From assembly GCA_029838195.1 (NCBI GenBank), contig JALGVJ010000006.1:97093-161092 (forward strand): a stretch of 64,000 bases of DNA. The letters are read 5' to 3'. The stretch is from Promethearchaeota archaeon. Lineage in GTDB: Archaea; Asgardarchaeota; Lokiarchaeia; Sigyniarchaeales; SOKP01. The notes beneath the pieces are model-generated. The model had not been told where the DNA came from. It made no database searches and worked only from the letters and a program-made list of their open reading frames with translations. The number at the start of each line of letters is the position of its first letter. Within the stretch, counting starts at the first letter, position 1. Below, piece by piece: positions 10,952 to 21,080 of the stretch. The translations under genes were made by a program, and so were the position numbers.

Positions 10952-11235
10952 TTTGAATCACGCTAAAAAAACATTTTTGAAACAATCAAGTTAGATATTT
11001 GAGATTATTAAAATATATGATTTTTAAGATATAAATATTGTACATTTATTCAATTCGAGAAATTTTTTGCTAAAGGGTAAAATGAGGGGATCGAGGAAAA
11101 AACTTTAGGAGTAATTTAAATATGCTCGTGTAAAATAGGTATTATTATCGTAATATTAACATTTTATATCGAGAGAAATCTCCTTTTATTACATGAAATA
11201 AAAAGATAATAGAAGGAGAAAAAATATTTGGTTAA

Positions 11236-11727
11236 ATGGTCATGTCAACTAAACAAGATGAGCATGGGCATGGATTCCAATTAAAGGATTTAAATGGAAA
11301 TGAGAATGGGGCGCTATTTCATGCGATATATTTTATTGATGAATTCACGGGTTCCTTGTTAGTGAGCAGGAATAACCCTTATACCACGGGCTTTTTCGCA
11401 GAAAAGAAGGAAGATCTCATTTCAAGTTTTTTAAGTGCCATGAACATGTTCATTAATGAGATCAAGAAAGATGGACTTCGAGAAGAGATTCAAGAGATTA
11501 ATTTTAAAGACACGAGACTTTTATATCAGAGAAAAGGACGGATTCTTTGCATAGGTATTTCTAATAAGCAAGATTTAGAGGTAGAACGAGCTTTATTAAA
11601 TAAAATCATGAATGATTTCTACTATCGATTTGAAATACAAATTAATACATTTAATGGAGTCATTGATCCCGCAATTCAGCGTTATTCCCATGAATTAGAA
11701 CGGTTTTTAATGACCACTCTTCGATAG
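11236..11727 (+). CDS. Longin/roadblock-like (profilin-fold) protein
   Basis: HAIYFIDEFTGSLLV...DLISSFLSAMNMFINE...IQEINF pattern typical of Asgard longin-like proteins. Confidence 0.6.
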   Translation: MVMSTKQDEHGHGFQLKDLNGNENGALFHAIYFIDEFTGSLLVSRNNPYTTGFFAEKKEDLISSFLSAMNMFINEIKKDGLREEIQEINFKDTRLLYQRKGRILCIGISNKQDLEVERALLNKIMNDFYYRFEIQINTFNGVIDPAIQRYSHELERFLMTTLR

Positions 11728-11870
11728 ATCTTTCAATATAATAAGGTTTTATTCTTTATTCCTGAATGACTAATAACACGGAAGGGTATAAAAATAATAG
11801 TACTTCCCCTCTTCTAATTAGTAAAACCTTTTTGACCCCAAACCTTTCCATTAAAAAGGAAAACACTCAT

Positions 11871-12614
11871 TTATTTAATGGGAATTGGTTCACATGAATC
11901 GTTCTCCAATGAATCTTCCAAGCTAAGCAAAACCAATTTCATGGTACACATTTCTTTAACTTCTTGGAAGATTTCACTACAGTCTTGAGTATCTTTCGAA
12001 ATCCCGTGTTTTTCGAGTAATTCATTAAATTTTTTTTCCAATTGGTTGGTAAGTTCCTCTTGATTGTCCAAGTCAAGGGATACGGAATTTAACCATTCGT
12101 GAATCTCGTTTTTTATTTCAAGTTCTATGTCGCTTAAATGAACATATTCTACTTCGATTTCTTTAAGTTTTTCCATGGAATTAAGATAAGCCTCATCCTG
12201 ATAAAGGGGTTTTACTAATAATCCGAGGTTTAGAATCAAGGGTTGTGCATCTAATCGTTCCAATGAGGTGGTTAATAGATCTAATACTTGATTTTTTTGA
12301 GAAAGATTACTATATTTAATATATTCTTCAATCAAATGCAATAATGTAATTTTTATTAATAATTCACCGAGAAAATCTAAAGATTCGAAATTAAATTCAA
12401 GAGCTCTCACCACGCACGCATGAATTACTTGCATGAAGGGTTGAATATTTTTAAATATTTCAAAATAATGAATGAATTGAGAGATTTTATTTATTACAGT
12501 GAGCTTTTCGGACTCCGAGCTGAATTTTCTTTCGAGAATATTGTCCAGCTCTTTATTTTCAAAGGGAATCCACAAAAATTTTTTAATATTCCATAATTTC
12601 GTTTCAAGGTCCAT
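11871..12614 (-). CDS. Hypothetical acidic helical protein
   Basis: 247-aa ORF, Leu/Glu-rich, no motif recognised. Confidence 0.7.
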   Translation of the reverse strand: MDLETKLWNIKKFLWIPFENKELDNILERKFSSESEKLTVINKISQFIHYFEIFKNIQPFMQVIHACVVRALEFNFESLDFLGELLIKITLLHLIEEYIKYSNLSQKNQVLDLLTTSLERLDAQPLILNLGLLVKPLYQDEAYLNSMEKLKEIEVEYVHLSDIELEIKNEIHEWLNSVSLDLDNQEELTNQLEKKFNELLEKHGISKDTQDCSEIFQEVKEMCTMKLVLLSLEDSLENDSCEPIPIK

Positions 12615-13108
12615 TACATTAAATATTAGAGAATAAGGTTAATAAATATTTTTAATAAATTCATTAATTATTTTATTTATTAAATAGTCATTCAAGTAAA
12701 AAATTGGCATGTTTTATCATTAAATTTAGAGTAAGTAGTATATTTGTTTAGATTCTTGTAAATTCTTGGAAATTTTCCAGCACTTCAACATTTTCTTAAT
12801 TGGGTTTTAAAAATTGAAGACGATTAATTTTAAAAAATCGTGTAAATAATGATCACGAGATAATTTTTTGCCGTTCTCGAGTAACATGAACTTACAAGCG
12901 TATAAATTGATTCTGCCGATTCATTTCCACAATAAAAATGAAAAGATCATTCCCAAGGAATTTAAAAGAGAGAGTGAACCCCTTTTTTGACTTATTTTTA
13001 AAAAAGAGAAAAAAATTCCTTGCGAACTAATGTTCGCTTCTAATCACTAAAATTTTTTCCTTTAATTATAAGATGGATTATATCAAGGGAAAAAAAAATA
13101 AAAAAATT

Positions 13109-14437
13109 TTATAAAGGTGTTAAAGCCGTACTGCCATTTTTTACAGCTTCATCTACTAAAGCCATCAATTCATTTGGAGGAATGGGTACCAAATCAAATA
13201 CCGTCATGCCGGCCAGCTTGAGTTCTGCTTTCACGGTTTCTGCTAAATTATTACAATCTCTTGAAAAGAAGACTTTCCGCTTTCCAAATGCCTTTTGCAG
13301 CTTTTCGCCCACTTCTTCAATTGCGCAATATCCCGCCACGAGACCTTTCGTATAACCTTCTGCTTTCAGTTTCTCAACCAAATCGGGATCGTGCCCCTTC
13401 CCCATGACAATGAACCATCCTCCCTTGAATTTTTCGGGATAATCATACGCAAAACCTTGTAAGGTTGCCAAGGGATTATTTTGACACCCTTCAATGCACA
13501 AAAGCTCCTTTCCTTTTACAATTTTTACATTGTCAGGAAATTCTGGTAATAAATTCCATTCGTATTTTTCTTTAAACTCATCCAAACTTTTCCCGATAAC
13601 GTTGATTTTATTCAGATCTCCTTCTCCTAATCCCCGTTCATGGGCGATTTTTAAATGTGGCACCTCATCAATGGTTAAGCCAAACACTCTTGCTCCTACG
13701 ACATCGACAGCAACAGTATCTCTTCCACCAATTAGAATATTGAACTTTTTAACAAGTCGGTCTACAAAAGCTGTAGGAGGGTAATGCCCATGGATGGTTC
13801 CTTCAATTCCATCGATGATTGTAATATCAGGGCGAATGTATTCATAAACATCCACGATTTTAGAGTGCAAATTGAAGTTATGGTCTTTTCCACGATCCTC
13901 ATGGATGGGAAAGCCCCATTGGTTTTTTATACCGAGAGTGACTCTTGCCATGGAGTGAGTCTTTAATTTTGGAATATTAATATAGGTGAATTTTTCTCGA
14001 TTTTTAATGATTTTAACCACGGTTTTGGGCAATCTAAAATTTTTTAATATGTATCCTTTTGGATCTTCTTTATTAGATGGTTTTCCTTTAAATTCAAATA
14101 TTTCTGACTCTTCTTCATCCAGGTAAATCACGCTTGCTCCAGTTCGCTTGCAGACTTCTTCATAACCGGTAATTGCAAACACCACCCTCGTCATATTGGC
14201 TTGCGTGGAATTTTCCATTACATGAACTTTCGCTCCTAGATCATTTAAATAATTAATGACAGCTTCTAATACCTCGGGAGAAGTATGCACGTGTTTTTTA
14301 AAATCGATTCCATTTACTTTGATGTACACCTCCTTGGAGCTTGTTAAAATGGGACCCTCTTTTTCTAAATGAGCGAACATTTCTTTAACGGAAGCTTGCA
14401 AGCCTTGATTCGTATCCATAATATAAACATTTGTCAT
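13109..14437 (-). CDS. DUF362 domain protein (probable Fe-S protein)
   Basis: VYIKVN..., HTSPEV, NIPKLKTH, TLGIKNQWG, D.VAVD motifs; C-terminal Cys (CIEGC, GYC, DC). Confidence 0.85.
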   Translation of the reverse strand: MTNVYIMDTNQGLQASVKEMFAHLEKEGPILTSSKEVYIKVNGIDFKKHVHTSPEVLEAVINYLNDLGAKVHVMENSTQANMTRVVFAITGYEEVCKRTGASVIYLDEEESEIFEFKGKPSNKEDPKGYILKNFRLPKTVVKIIKNREKFTYINIPKLKTHSMARVTLGIKNQWGFPIHEDRGKDHNFNLHSKIVDVYEYIRPDITIIDGIEGTIHGHYPPTAFVDRLVKKFNILIGGRDTVAVDVVGARVFGLTIDEVPHLKIAHERGLGEGDLNKINVIGKSLDEFKEKYEWNLLPEFPDNVKIVKGKELLCIEGCQNNPLATLQGFAYDYPEKFKGGWFIVMGKGHDPDLVEKLKAEGYTKGLVAGYCAIEEVGEKLQKAFGKRKVFFSRDCNNLAETVKAELKLAGMTVFDLVPIPPNELMALVDEAVKNGSTALTPL

Positions 14438-14638
14438 GTAAATTTTTCACCCACTTAATTTTCATGCTATTTCATATTCATGGGAAACATCTTTTTTTTA
14501 TAAATTTGTTGCTTTAGTTAGAATTGTTTTAAACTATTGTCGGAAGCGTTGATTTTTTTATCGCATTCATGAATATTTTACCAAATAGATAAAAACCTGC
14601 ATTATCCTCCTTCTGAAAAATGATTGGGAAAAATTGGG

Positions 14639-14680
14639 CTACTATTAACTACTATTATTAACTACTACTATTAACTACCA
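14639..14680. repeat. Short imperfect tandem repeat (CTACTATTAA-like unit, about 4 copies)
   Basis: ctactattaa ctactattattaa ctactactattaa ctacca. Confidence 0.8.
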
Positions 14681-14881
14681 ATATGAAATTATATAAAAGA
14701 TTTAAACTTGAGACGAGAAAGTTTAAGTGGCCTAAAAATCAAGTTTTTTCTTTTTCTCACGCGGTTCCAAGCATTATTTTTTTTAATCGAAGGTCAATAT
14801 CATCTTAATTGTTCTAATTAATTTTTTTTTTAATTCATTATTTATAAATTCAAAAATCAAGAAAGCAGTTTATAATAGAAT

Positions 14882-15661
14882 ATGCCGTTCATTCAATATG
14901 AAAATAAAAACGTATTTTACATGCTGAAAACCCCAGGCACCATGGAATCGCCTAAGCGAGCACTAATTTTCATTCACGGGTCGGGAGGAAGTTCTAATAC
15001 TTGGAAATATCAGTTGAATGCCTTGAATTTAAACATGAATTTGATTGCGTTAGATCTTCCTTCCCATGCGAATTCCGACCCATTTGAAGAACTTTCTCTC
15101 GAGTTGTACGTCGATGTGGTAAAAAAATTAATCGAAGAATTAGAGCTGGAGGAGGTAATTTTATGCGGACATTCATTAGGAGGAGCTATTATTCAATCAT
15201 TTTATTTCACGTATCCGAAAAAAGTAAAGGGATTGATTTTAGTGGGGACAGGAGGGCGATTGCGTGTGAGTCCCCTGATTCTGGACTCTTTAGCTAGTAA
15301 TTACCAAAAATTTTTGGAAGAACTCCCTTCAGGAGCGTTTTATAGGAAAATCCCCCGGAAAATCATTGAAGAATACGTGGCAGAAACTTCGCAAATACCC
15401 TCGAGCGTGGCCCTTGCCGATTTTCAAATTTGTGATGCGTTTGATACATTGGACAAGACGGAAACCATTGATGTCCCTTGTCTGATCATCTGCGGGAAGC
15501 AAGACCACCTCACGCCCGTAAAGTATTCCAACTATTTTCATGATAAAATAAACATTTCCGAATTAGTAATAATTAATGGAGCCGGGCACATGGTCATATT
15601 GGAAAAACCAAAAGAATTTAATAGTGCTATTGAATCATTTATTAAAAAATATTTTTCATGA
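14882..15661 (+). CDS. Alpha/beta hydrolase
   Basis: FIHGSGG oxyanion motif, GHSLGG nucleophile elbow, Asp (GKQD) and His (AGH). Confidence 0.92.
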   Translation: MPFIQYENKNVFYMLKTPGTMESPKRALIFIHGSGGSSNTWKYQLNALNLNMNLIALDLPSHANSDPFEELSLELYVDVVKKLIEELELEEVILCGHSLGGAIIQSFYFTYPKKVKGLILVGTGGRLRVSPLILDSLASNYQKFLEELPSGAFYRKIPRKIIEEYVAETSQIPSSVALADFQICDAFDTLDKTETIDVPCLIICGKQDHLTPVKYSNYFHDKINISELVIINGAGHMVILEKPKEFNSAIESFIKKYFS

Positions 15662-16473
15662 ACTGGAACTTCATGGTTAGAGAATATACATACGGGCCGT
15701 TTCCTAGTCGCCGTTTAGGGCTTTCTTTGGGCGTTGATATTCTTTTAAGAAAAAAAACGTGCTCGTTTAATTGCGTGTATTGTGAAATTGGTCCTACATT
15801 AAGAAATAATTGGGTATCTCCTTTTCATGAAGTTAAAAGAAAGCCTTCACCTAATTTTAGGAAAGAATTATCATCAATTTTGAGATATTATCCCCACTTG
15901 GATTCGATCACGTTTGGTTATAATGGAGAACCGACATTAAATCCTCATGTAGACGAATATCGGAGGATTGCAAGTAGCGTGAGAGAGGAATTTTCGTGGC
16001 AAAAAACCCCTCCAAAAATAACATTATTCACGAACTCCAGCACCTTATTTCGAGAGGAGGTTCGGGAGAAAATTATACATTTTGATTTAATTTTAGCAAA
16101 ATTAGATGCTGCGAATGAGGTAGATTTTCAAGAAACAAACCAGCCTCATGAAGAAGTGCCTTCAATTCATGAGATCATTGATTCTTTAGCTCTTTTAAGA
16201 AAAGAATTGCCTCCTGGCAAGGAATTGGTGCTTCAATGCTTATTTTTTAATTCCTATAGAAAAGATCGTCCTTCTAATAATAATTCCAGGAACCTCCAGT
16301 CCTTGATTAAAGCTATCAAAAAAATTAAACCTTCACGAGTTCAAATCTACACCATTGGAAGAATCCCTTCAGAGCCTCACGTGCATGCGCTCTCTCCCGT
16401 TGAAATTTTTAATATTGCAGAAACGATTGAGCGAGGAATAGAAGATAAATCAATAATAATAAAGCCCTATTAA
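15658..16473 (+). CDS. Radical SAM protein (COG0731-like)
   Basis: YGPFPSRRLGLSLG, CSFNCVYC, NGEPTL; overlaps the upstream stop codon (ATGA). Confidence 0.88.
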   Translation: MNWNFMVREYTYGPFPSRRLGLSLGVDILLRKKTCSFNCVYCEIGPTLRNNWVSPFHEVKRKPSPNFRKELSSILRYYPHLDSITFGYNGEPTLNPHVDEYRRIASSVREEFSWQKTPPKITLFTNSSTLFREEVREKIIHFDLILAKLDAANEVDFQETNQPHEEVPSIHEIIDSLALLRKELPPGKELVLQCLFFNSYRKDRPSNNNSRNLQSLIKAIKKIKPSRVQIYTIGRIPSEPHVHALSPVEIFNIAETIERGIEDKSIIIKPY

Positions 16474-16717
16474 ACTAAGGCCTTGATTAAAAGTTTCAAA
16501 AATGAAAGCAGGACAATACGAGTTCAAAGTAAGCACACGTTAAAAGCACATGAGCCCATCATGTCATTCAAATTTATATACGCTCGTTATCAATTGCAAT
16601 TAGTACTAATTAACACGTAAGGAGCAAAGGCAAAGGGATAATTTCATAAAACCAAAATTTAATATGAAGAAAAAAATTCCTCTATGACATTAGAGCAATA
16701 AATAACTCAGAAGAGCC

Positions 16718-17731
16718 ATGAACGATAGGAATTATTTCATTGGTGCGGATATAGGGGGTACATGGATTCGGGTAGGGGCGTGTACTTCTGATTTAAAAGA
16801 AGAGAATTTGACTATCAAAACAGCTCCTACTCTTAAAGAGAATAAATTCTCGATTAGTAGTACGGTATGTGAATTGATCTCGGAGATCATGGAAGAGAAG
16901 GGAATTTCTAAAGAAAATATTGCTGGAATTGGAGTAGCAACGGCGGGACCCATCGATATGGAAAAAGGGGAGGTCTTTAATAATGCAAATTTGGGGTTTA
17001 AAATAATTCCCTTGAAAGAGCCCATTACGGGAACATTTCCAGGCATTCCTTTTTTCATCATTAATGATTGTAATGCTGCCGTGTTAGGAATACATTATTT
17101 TGAAGCGGAAGAGAGGGAAAAAGATAATATCGTGTACATCACGGTATCCACGGGAATTGGAGGAGGTGTAATATGTAATTCTCATTTATTATTAGGCAAG
17201 GAAGGAAATGCCGCAGAGATAGGACACGGAAAGGTCGCTCCAAAGAGTCCTCATCTTTGCAATTGTGGAGCCAGGGGATGTTGGGAGGTATATAGCTCCG
17301 GTACAGGTGTACGAAATAGAGCTTTAGAACAACTTGAAGAAGGAATTTACAATTCCGAAATCTTATTAAAAATAGTGGAGGGCGAAGTTTCAAAAATAAC
17401 GGCTAAAGAAATCTTTCAAGCAGCTCGAGAAGGAGATGAATTGTCAAAAAAAATTGTTGATGATTGCATTTTCTACATGATGGTAGGAATTGGCCTTGTA
17501 AATAATTTTTACGATTGTTCTACCATTTTTTTCGGAGGAGCCATGATGAAAGATAGTGAGCAACTCCTGCCTCCCATTATCAAGCAATTCGAAGAAGATC
17601 CCATACAATTCACGATTAATCATCCGCCAAAACTTAAATTAACCCGATTAGGAGATGAAGTAGGCTTAAGAGGAGCATTAACGCTAGTAAAATATAAATT
17701 AGAGAAAAATCCCATAGTTCCCTTGGAGTAA
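16718..17731 (+). CDS. ROK family sugar kinase (glucokinase-like)
   Basis: DIGGT, NDCNAA, STGIGGG, EIGH and CNCGARGCWE zinc motif. Confidence 0.92.
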   Translation: MNDRNYFIGADIGGTWIRVGACTSDLKEENLTIKTAPTLKENKFSISSTVCELISEIMEEKGISKENIAGIGVATAGPIDMEKGEVFNNANLGFKIIPLKEPITGTFPGIPFFIINDCNAAVLGIHYFEAEEREKDNIVYITVSTGIGGGVICNSHLLLGKEGNAAEIGHGKVAPKSPHLCNCGARGCWEVYSSGTGVRNRALEQLEEGIYNSEILLKIVEGEVSKITAKEIFQAAREGDELSKKIVDDCIFYMMVGIGLVNNFYDCSTIFFGGAMMKDSEQLLPPIIKQFEEDPIQFTINHPPKLKLTRLGDEVGLRGALTLVKYKLEKNPIVPLE

Positions 17732-17855
17732 TTTAAAGAACTCTATTATGTTACGTCGTATTATTTAAAAGATTTTACATTACCGCTGAACATGAACTCC
17801 AGTACACCAACTTCATGCGTTAAGTTTTAAGAGGTTTTTTAATTAATTTTACATT

Positions 17856-18033
17856 AATTCATGGAAAACTGATACTAAAGAGATTATTCTCAAGAAATTA
17901 ACAAAACATTGAATGAACAATATAGTTCTGAAAATCTAATTAAATTCATGGAAAACTGATACTAAAGAGATTATTCTCAAGAAATTAACAAAACATTGAA
18001 TGAACAATATAGTTCTGAAAATCTAATTAAATT
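17856..18033. repeat. Perfect 87-bp tandem duplication (2 copies)
   Basis: aattcatggaaaactgatactaaag...aatctaattaaatt repeated with period 87 (copies start 17856 and 17943). Confidence 0.95.
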
Positions 18034-18340
18034 GGCAAAAGACTATCATTCTATCGTAATGGAAACAAAAGGTAAGGTTGTTGGAACGATAGATTTAAGG
18101 AAGATTTAATTAGTACTTTATTTATACATCCTATCTTCATGAAACAAGGTATTGGACGCAAATTAATGAAAAAAATTGGTGAAGGTTTTCCACGATAAAA
18201 CCATGTAAGAATTTATAGTTATTTTAAAGTTTGACTGCTAAAAATTTTTATTTAAAATTAGGATATAAACTCATGGAGAAAAATGTAGAGGAGAGTCTAG
18301 GAATTAGGCCCTTAATGAAAAAGATTATAGAAATTAATTA
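17860..18340 (+). pseudogene. Degraded GNAT acetyltransferase (boundaries approximate)
   Basis: Fragments across frames: DYSQEINKTLNEQYSSENLIKL...KVVGTIDL / ISTLFIHPIFMKQGIGRKLM (motif A QGIG) / AKNFYLKLGY (motif B); frameshifts and stops. Confidence 0.7.
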
Positions 18341-18513
18341 AAGGGAATTTATCTTCTATTTTGTTTAATAGTTTAAATTTTTTAACACGTGATTGAGAGT
18401 AAAATTCTTAAATAGGTATTATCGTGATTTTAAGGAAAAATTTTTTTAGTCATGTTAAATATAAAATAGTATTCAAGAGTTTGAAAATGAAATAAATAGA
18501 GGAATATTAAAAA

Positions 18514-18690
18514 ATGGCAAAGGCAGAATGTCCCTCGTGCTTCTTTGAATTTGAGCTAGATGAGGGAACGATTGTTGGCGAAGTTATTCCTTGTCCTGAC
18601 TGCGGCGTAGACCTTGAAATAATTGAAATTCAGGGGGACGTGGCAAAAGTGGAAGAGGCAGAAATGGCAGAAGAAGATTGGGGAGAATAA
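18514..18690 (+). CDS. lysW: LysW amino-group carrier protein (58 aa, absent from ORF track)
   Basis: MAKAECPSC...CPDCG...EEDWGE*: two CxxC knuckles and the diagnostic C-terminal EDWGE. Confidence 0.95.
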   Translation: MAKAECPSCFFEFELDEGTIVGEVIPCPDCGVDLEIIEIQGDVAKVEEAEMAEEDWGE

Positions 18691-18774
18691 GGAATTTATC
18701 GAAAGAGGCTCGATGAATAGAAGCAATTAACCACCAAGTGGACATTTAATTTTAAGGAATAAAGATCTCTTTTC

Positions 18775-20613
18775 TCAAGCTTTTTTATTTAATTTTTTAA
18801 TTATTTCTCCAGCAACTTTTTTATTTACTACGCTCGTTAATTCTTCAAAAGAGGCTTTTTTAATCCCTTCCAAGCTTCCAAAGGTCATCAGTAGTTTATT
18901 TCTGGTAGCGGGACCAATTCCTTTTATTTCGTCCAAAATTGAGCCCGTTATTTTTTTCTTTCGTTTAATTTCATGAAGTCGTTTAGCAAAACGATGGGCT
19001 TCATCCCGAATTCTCTGAAATAATTTTAAAACTGGTGAGTTTTCCGGTAATAGAATCGGATCTTGCTTATTGGGAAGATAGATCTCTTCTAATTTTTTGG
19101 CAAGTCCAATGATGGGAATGGATAAGTTTAATTCCTTTAATACTTCCAACCCAGCATTTAATTGGGGTTTTCCTCCATCTACTAAAATTAAATCTGGTAA
19201 CTCTTTATTTTTCTTTAAAAGGGACATGTATCTTCGTTTAATTATTTCTTTCATCATGGCTACATCATCAGGCGTGGATTTTGACACCACGTTATAATGA
19301 CGATAATTTTTTTTATCGGATTTTCCGTCTAGAAAATATACCATAGAACCAGTAGCGTTTTTCCCTTCAATATTAGAAATATCAAATCCCTCGATTCTTC
19401 TGGGGATGGTGGGCAAGTCTAAAAGTTCTTTAATTTTTTCTAAAATAGTATTGATATTTTCTTCTTCTTTTTCTTGAATGGCATCCATTTGTATTTGTTG
19501 TTCTACCATGACCCGAGCGTTTTTATGAGCAATTCGTACTAATGCTTCTTCTTTTTCATCACGTGACACGCGTAATTTAACGTTTTTCTTGGTCTCAAGC
19601 AAGAGTTCCTTTAATAAGGTAAAGTGCTCGTTCCATTGTGGAAGGATGATAGTATCAGGGACCAGATGATTTTCATCTTGATAATATTGTTCTAATAAGT
19701 GACTCAAGATTTCTTCTCTCAAAACGATTTTATCTTTTAAATCAATAAGAAAGGCACTCTTGTTAGACATGCGGCCATCTCTAACGTGAAGGATTACTAA
19801 TGCGAAATATCTATTTTGCTCATCAAGAAAATAATTGATTATATCTTTGTTCGCTTGAGAATCTAATAAAACGTTTTGTTTCGTGGTCGAATGATTGATG
19901 GATTCTATTTTATCCCTCCAAAATGCGGCGAGTTCATAATTCTGAGATCCTGCAGCGTTTAACATCTTTTCTTGAAGTTCATTGATTAATTTAGCGGTAT
20001 TTCCTTTTAAAAATAATTCAATCCCTTTAATATTTTCAAGGTAAGCTTCTTTAGAAATCGCATTAATGCAAGGCCCCGGACATAATTTAATTTGATAATA
20101 TAAGCACGGTCGCTCTCTTCTTTTAACCTTTTTTTTACAAGAACAATAGGGAAAGATCTTTCTCAAATCCCGTAATATTCTCTGAATTTCTTTTTTATCG
20201 GTATAAGGTCCGAGTAGCGTGTTGTTCTTTGCAAATTTTTCTGGTCCCCGAATGATGCGAATGCGTGGAAATTCTTCAGAATAAAAAATACAGATCCATG
20301 GATAAGATTTTGAATCTCGCATGATAACATTAAATCGAGGATAATGCTTCTTTATTTGAAGATTTTCAAGAATGAGTGCCTCTTTTTCATTTTGCGTTAC
20401 TATATATTCAATGGAGTGAATGTTTTTGACCATTTCTCTTATTTTTTCTTCATAATAAGGATCATTATAAGTAGATTTTCCAAAATATTGAGAAACCCTG
20501 CTTCTCAAGTTTTTTGCTTTTCCCACGTAAATGATTTCATTATTTTTATTTTTGAACATGTAAATGCCGGGATCTTTCGGCAAGCTCTTTCTTTGCAATT
20601 CTAAATCTGACAT
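18775..20613 (-). CDS. uvrC: Excinuclease ABC subunit C
   Basis: GIY-YIG (PGIY...IYVGKAKNLRSRV), Cys cluster, UVR domain, RNase H-like FDISN, DGG, RDEAHRFA, C-terminal HhH. Confidence 0.96.
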   Translation of the reverse strand: MSDLELQRKSLPKDPGIYMFKNKNNEIIYVGKAKNLRSRVSQYFGKSTYNDPYYEEKIREMVKNIHSIEYIVTQNEKEALILENLQIKKHYPRFNVIMRDSKSYPWICIFYSEEFPRIRIIRGPEKFAKNNTLLGPYTDKKEIQRILRDLRKIFPYCSCKKKVKRRERPCLYYQIKLCPGPCINAISKEAYLENIKGIELFLKGNTAKLINELQEKMLNAAGSQNYELAAFWRDKIESINHSTTKQNVLLDSQANKDIINYFLDEQNRYFALVILHVRDGRMSNKSAFLIDLKDKIVLREEILSHLLEQYYQDENHLVPDTIILPQWNEHFTLLKELLLETKKNVKLRVSRDEKEEALVRIAHKNARVMVEQQIQMDAIQEKEEENINTILEKIKELLDLPTIPRRIEGFDISNIEGKNATGSMVYFLDGKSDKKNYRHYNVVSKSTPDDVAMMKEIIKRRYMSLLKKNKELPDLILVDGGKPQLNAGLEVLKELNLSIPIIGLAKKLEEIYLPNKQDPILLPENSPVLKLFQRIRDEAHRFAKRLHEIKRKKKITGSILDEIKGIGPATRNKLLMTFGSLEGIKKASFEELTSVVNKKVAGEIIKKLNKKA

Positions 20614-20834
20614 TCTTAATACGTGCGGATTATTTTTGATTCAACACCAAGCCGATTGTATATATTTTATTACGATAAACATCTCTCAACTAATAAATAA
20701 TTAAATTTCCATGAGTTTAAATTTATTTGTTATAAAACCATGCATCTTGTTAAGAAACAAGGTTTTTTTATCAAGAACACTTGATGTTTACATGAGTATT
20801 TTTTAAATGATTATCGGAAAGGATTTACTTTTCC

Positions 20835-21029
20835 ATGAAAAAAATTAAAATTTGCCCGAAATGCAAAAGCTCGCGGTTAAAAGCCGCCATGAACGTGAGT
20901 GGATGGCTTGCTCCGGACTTGTATGAATGCTGGGATTGTAATTACGTGGGGCCCCTTTATCTTGAAATGGATCTGGAAGAATATGAACAATTAAGAAAGA
21001 AAGAACAAGAAAAAAATAATAAAGATTAA
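20835..21029 (+). CDS. Small zinc-ribbon protein
   Basis: CPKC...CWDC. Confidence 0.75.
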   Translation: MKKIKICPKCKSSRLKAAMNVSGWLAPDLYECWDCNYVGPLYLEMDLEEYEQLRKKEQEKNNKD

Positions 21030-21080
21030 ACCTAAATCTTTACAATTTTAAAAAGTATTATTTTAAAAAAAATCAACCTT

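Noticed and set aside
14639-14680. Short repeat as a CRISPR array or iteron
   Set aside because: Microsatellite-like, no spacers, no cas genes.
17856-18033. 87-bp repeat as a CRISPR array or mobile-element end
   Set aside because: Only two abutting copies, no spacer, no transposase.
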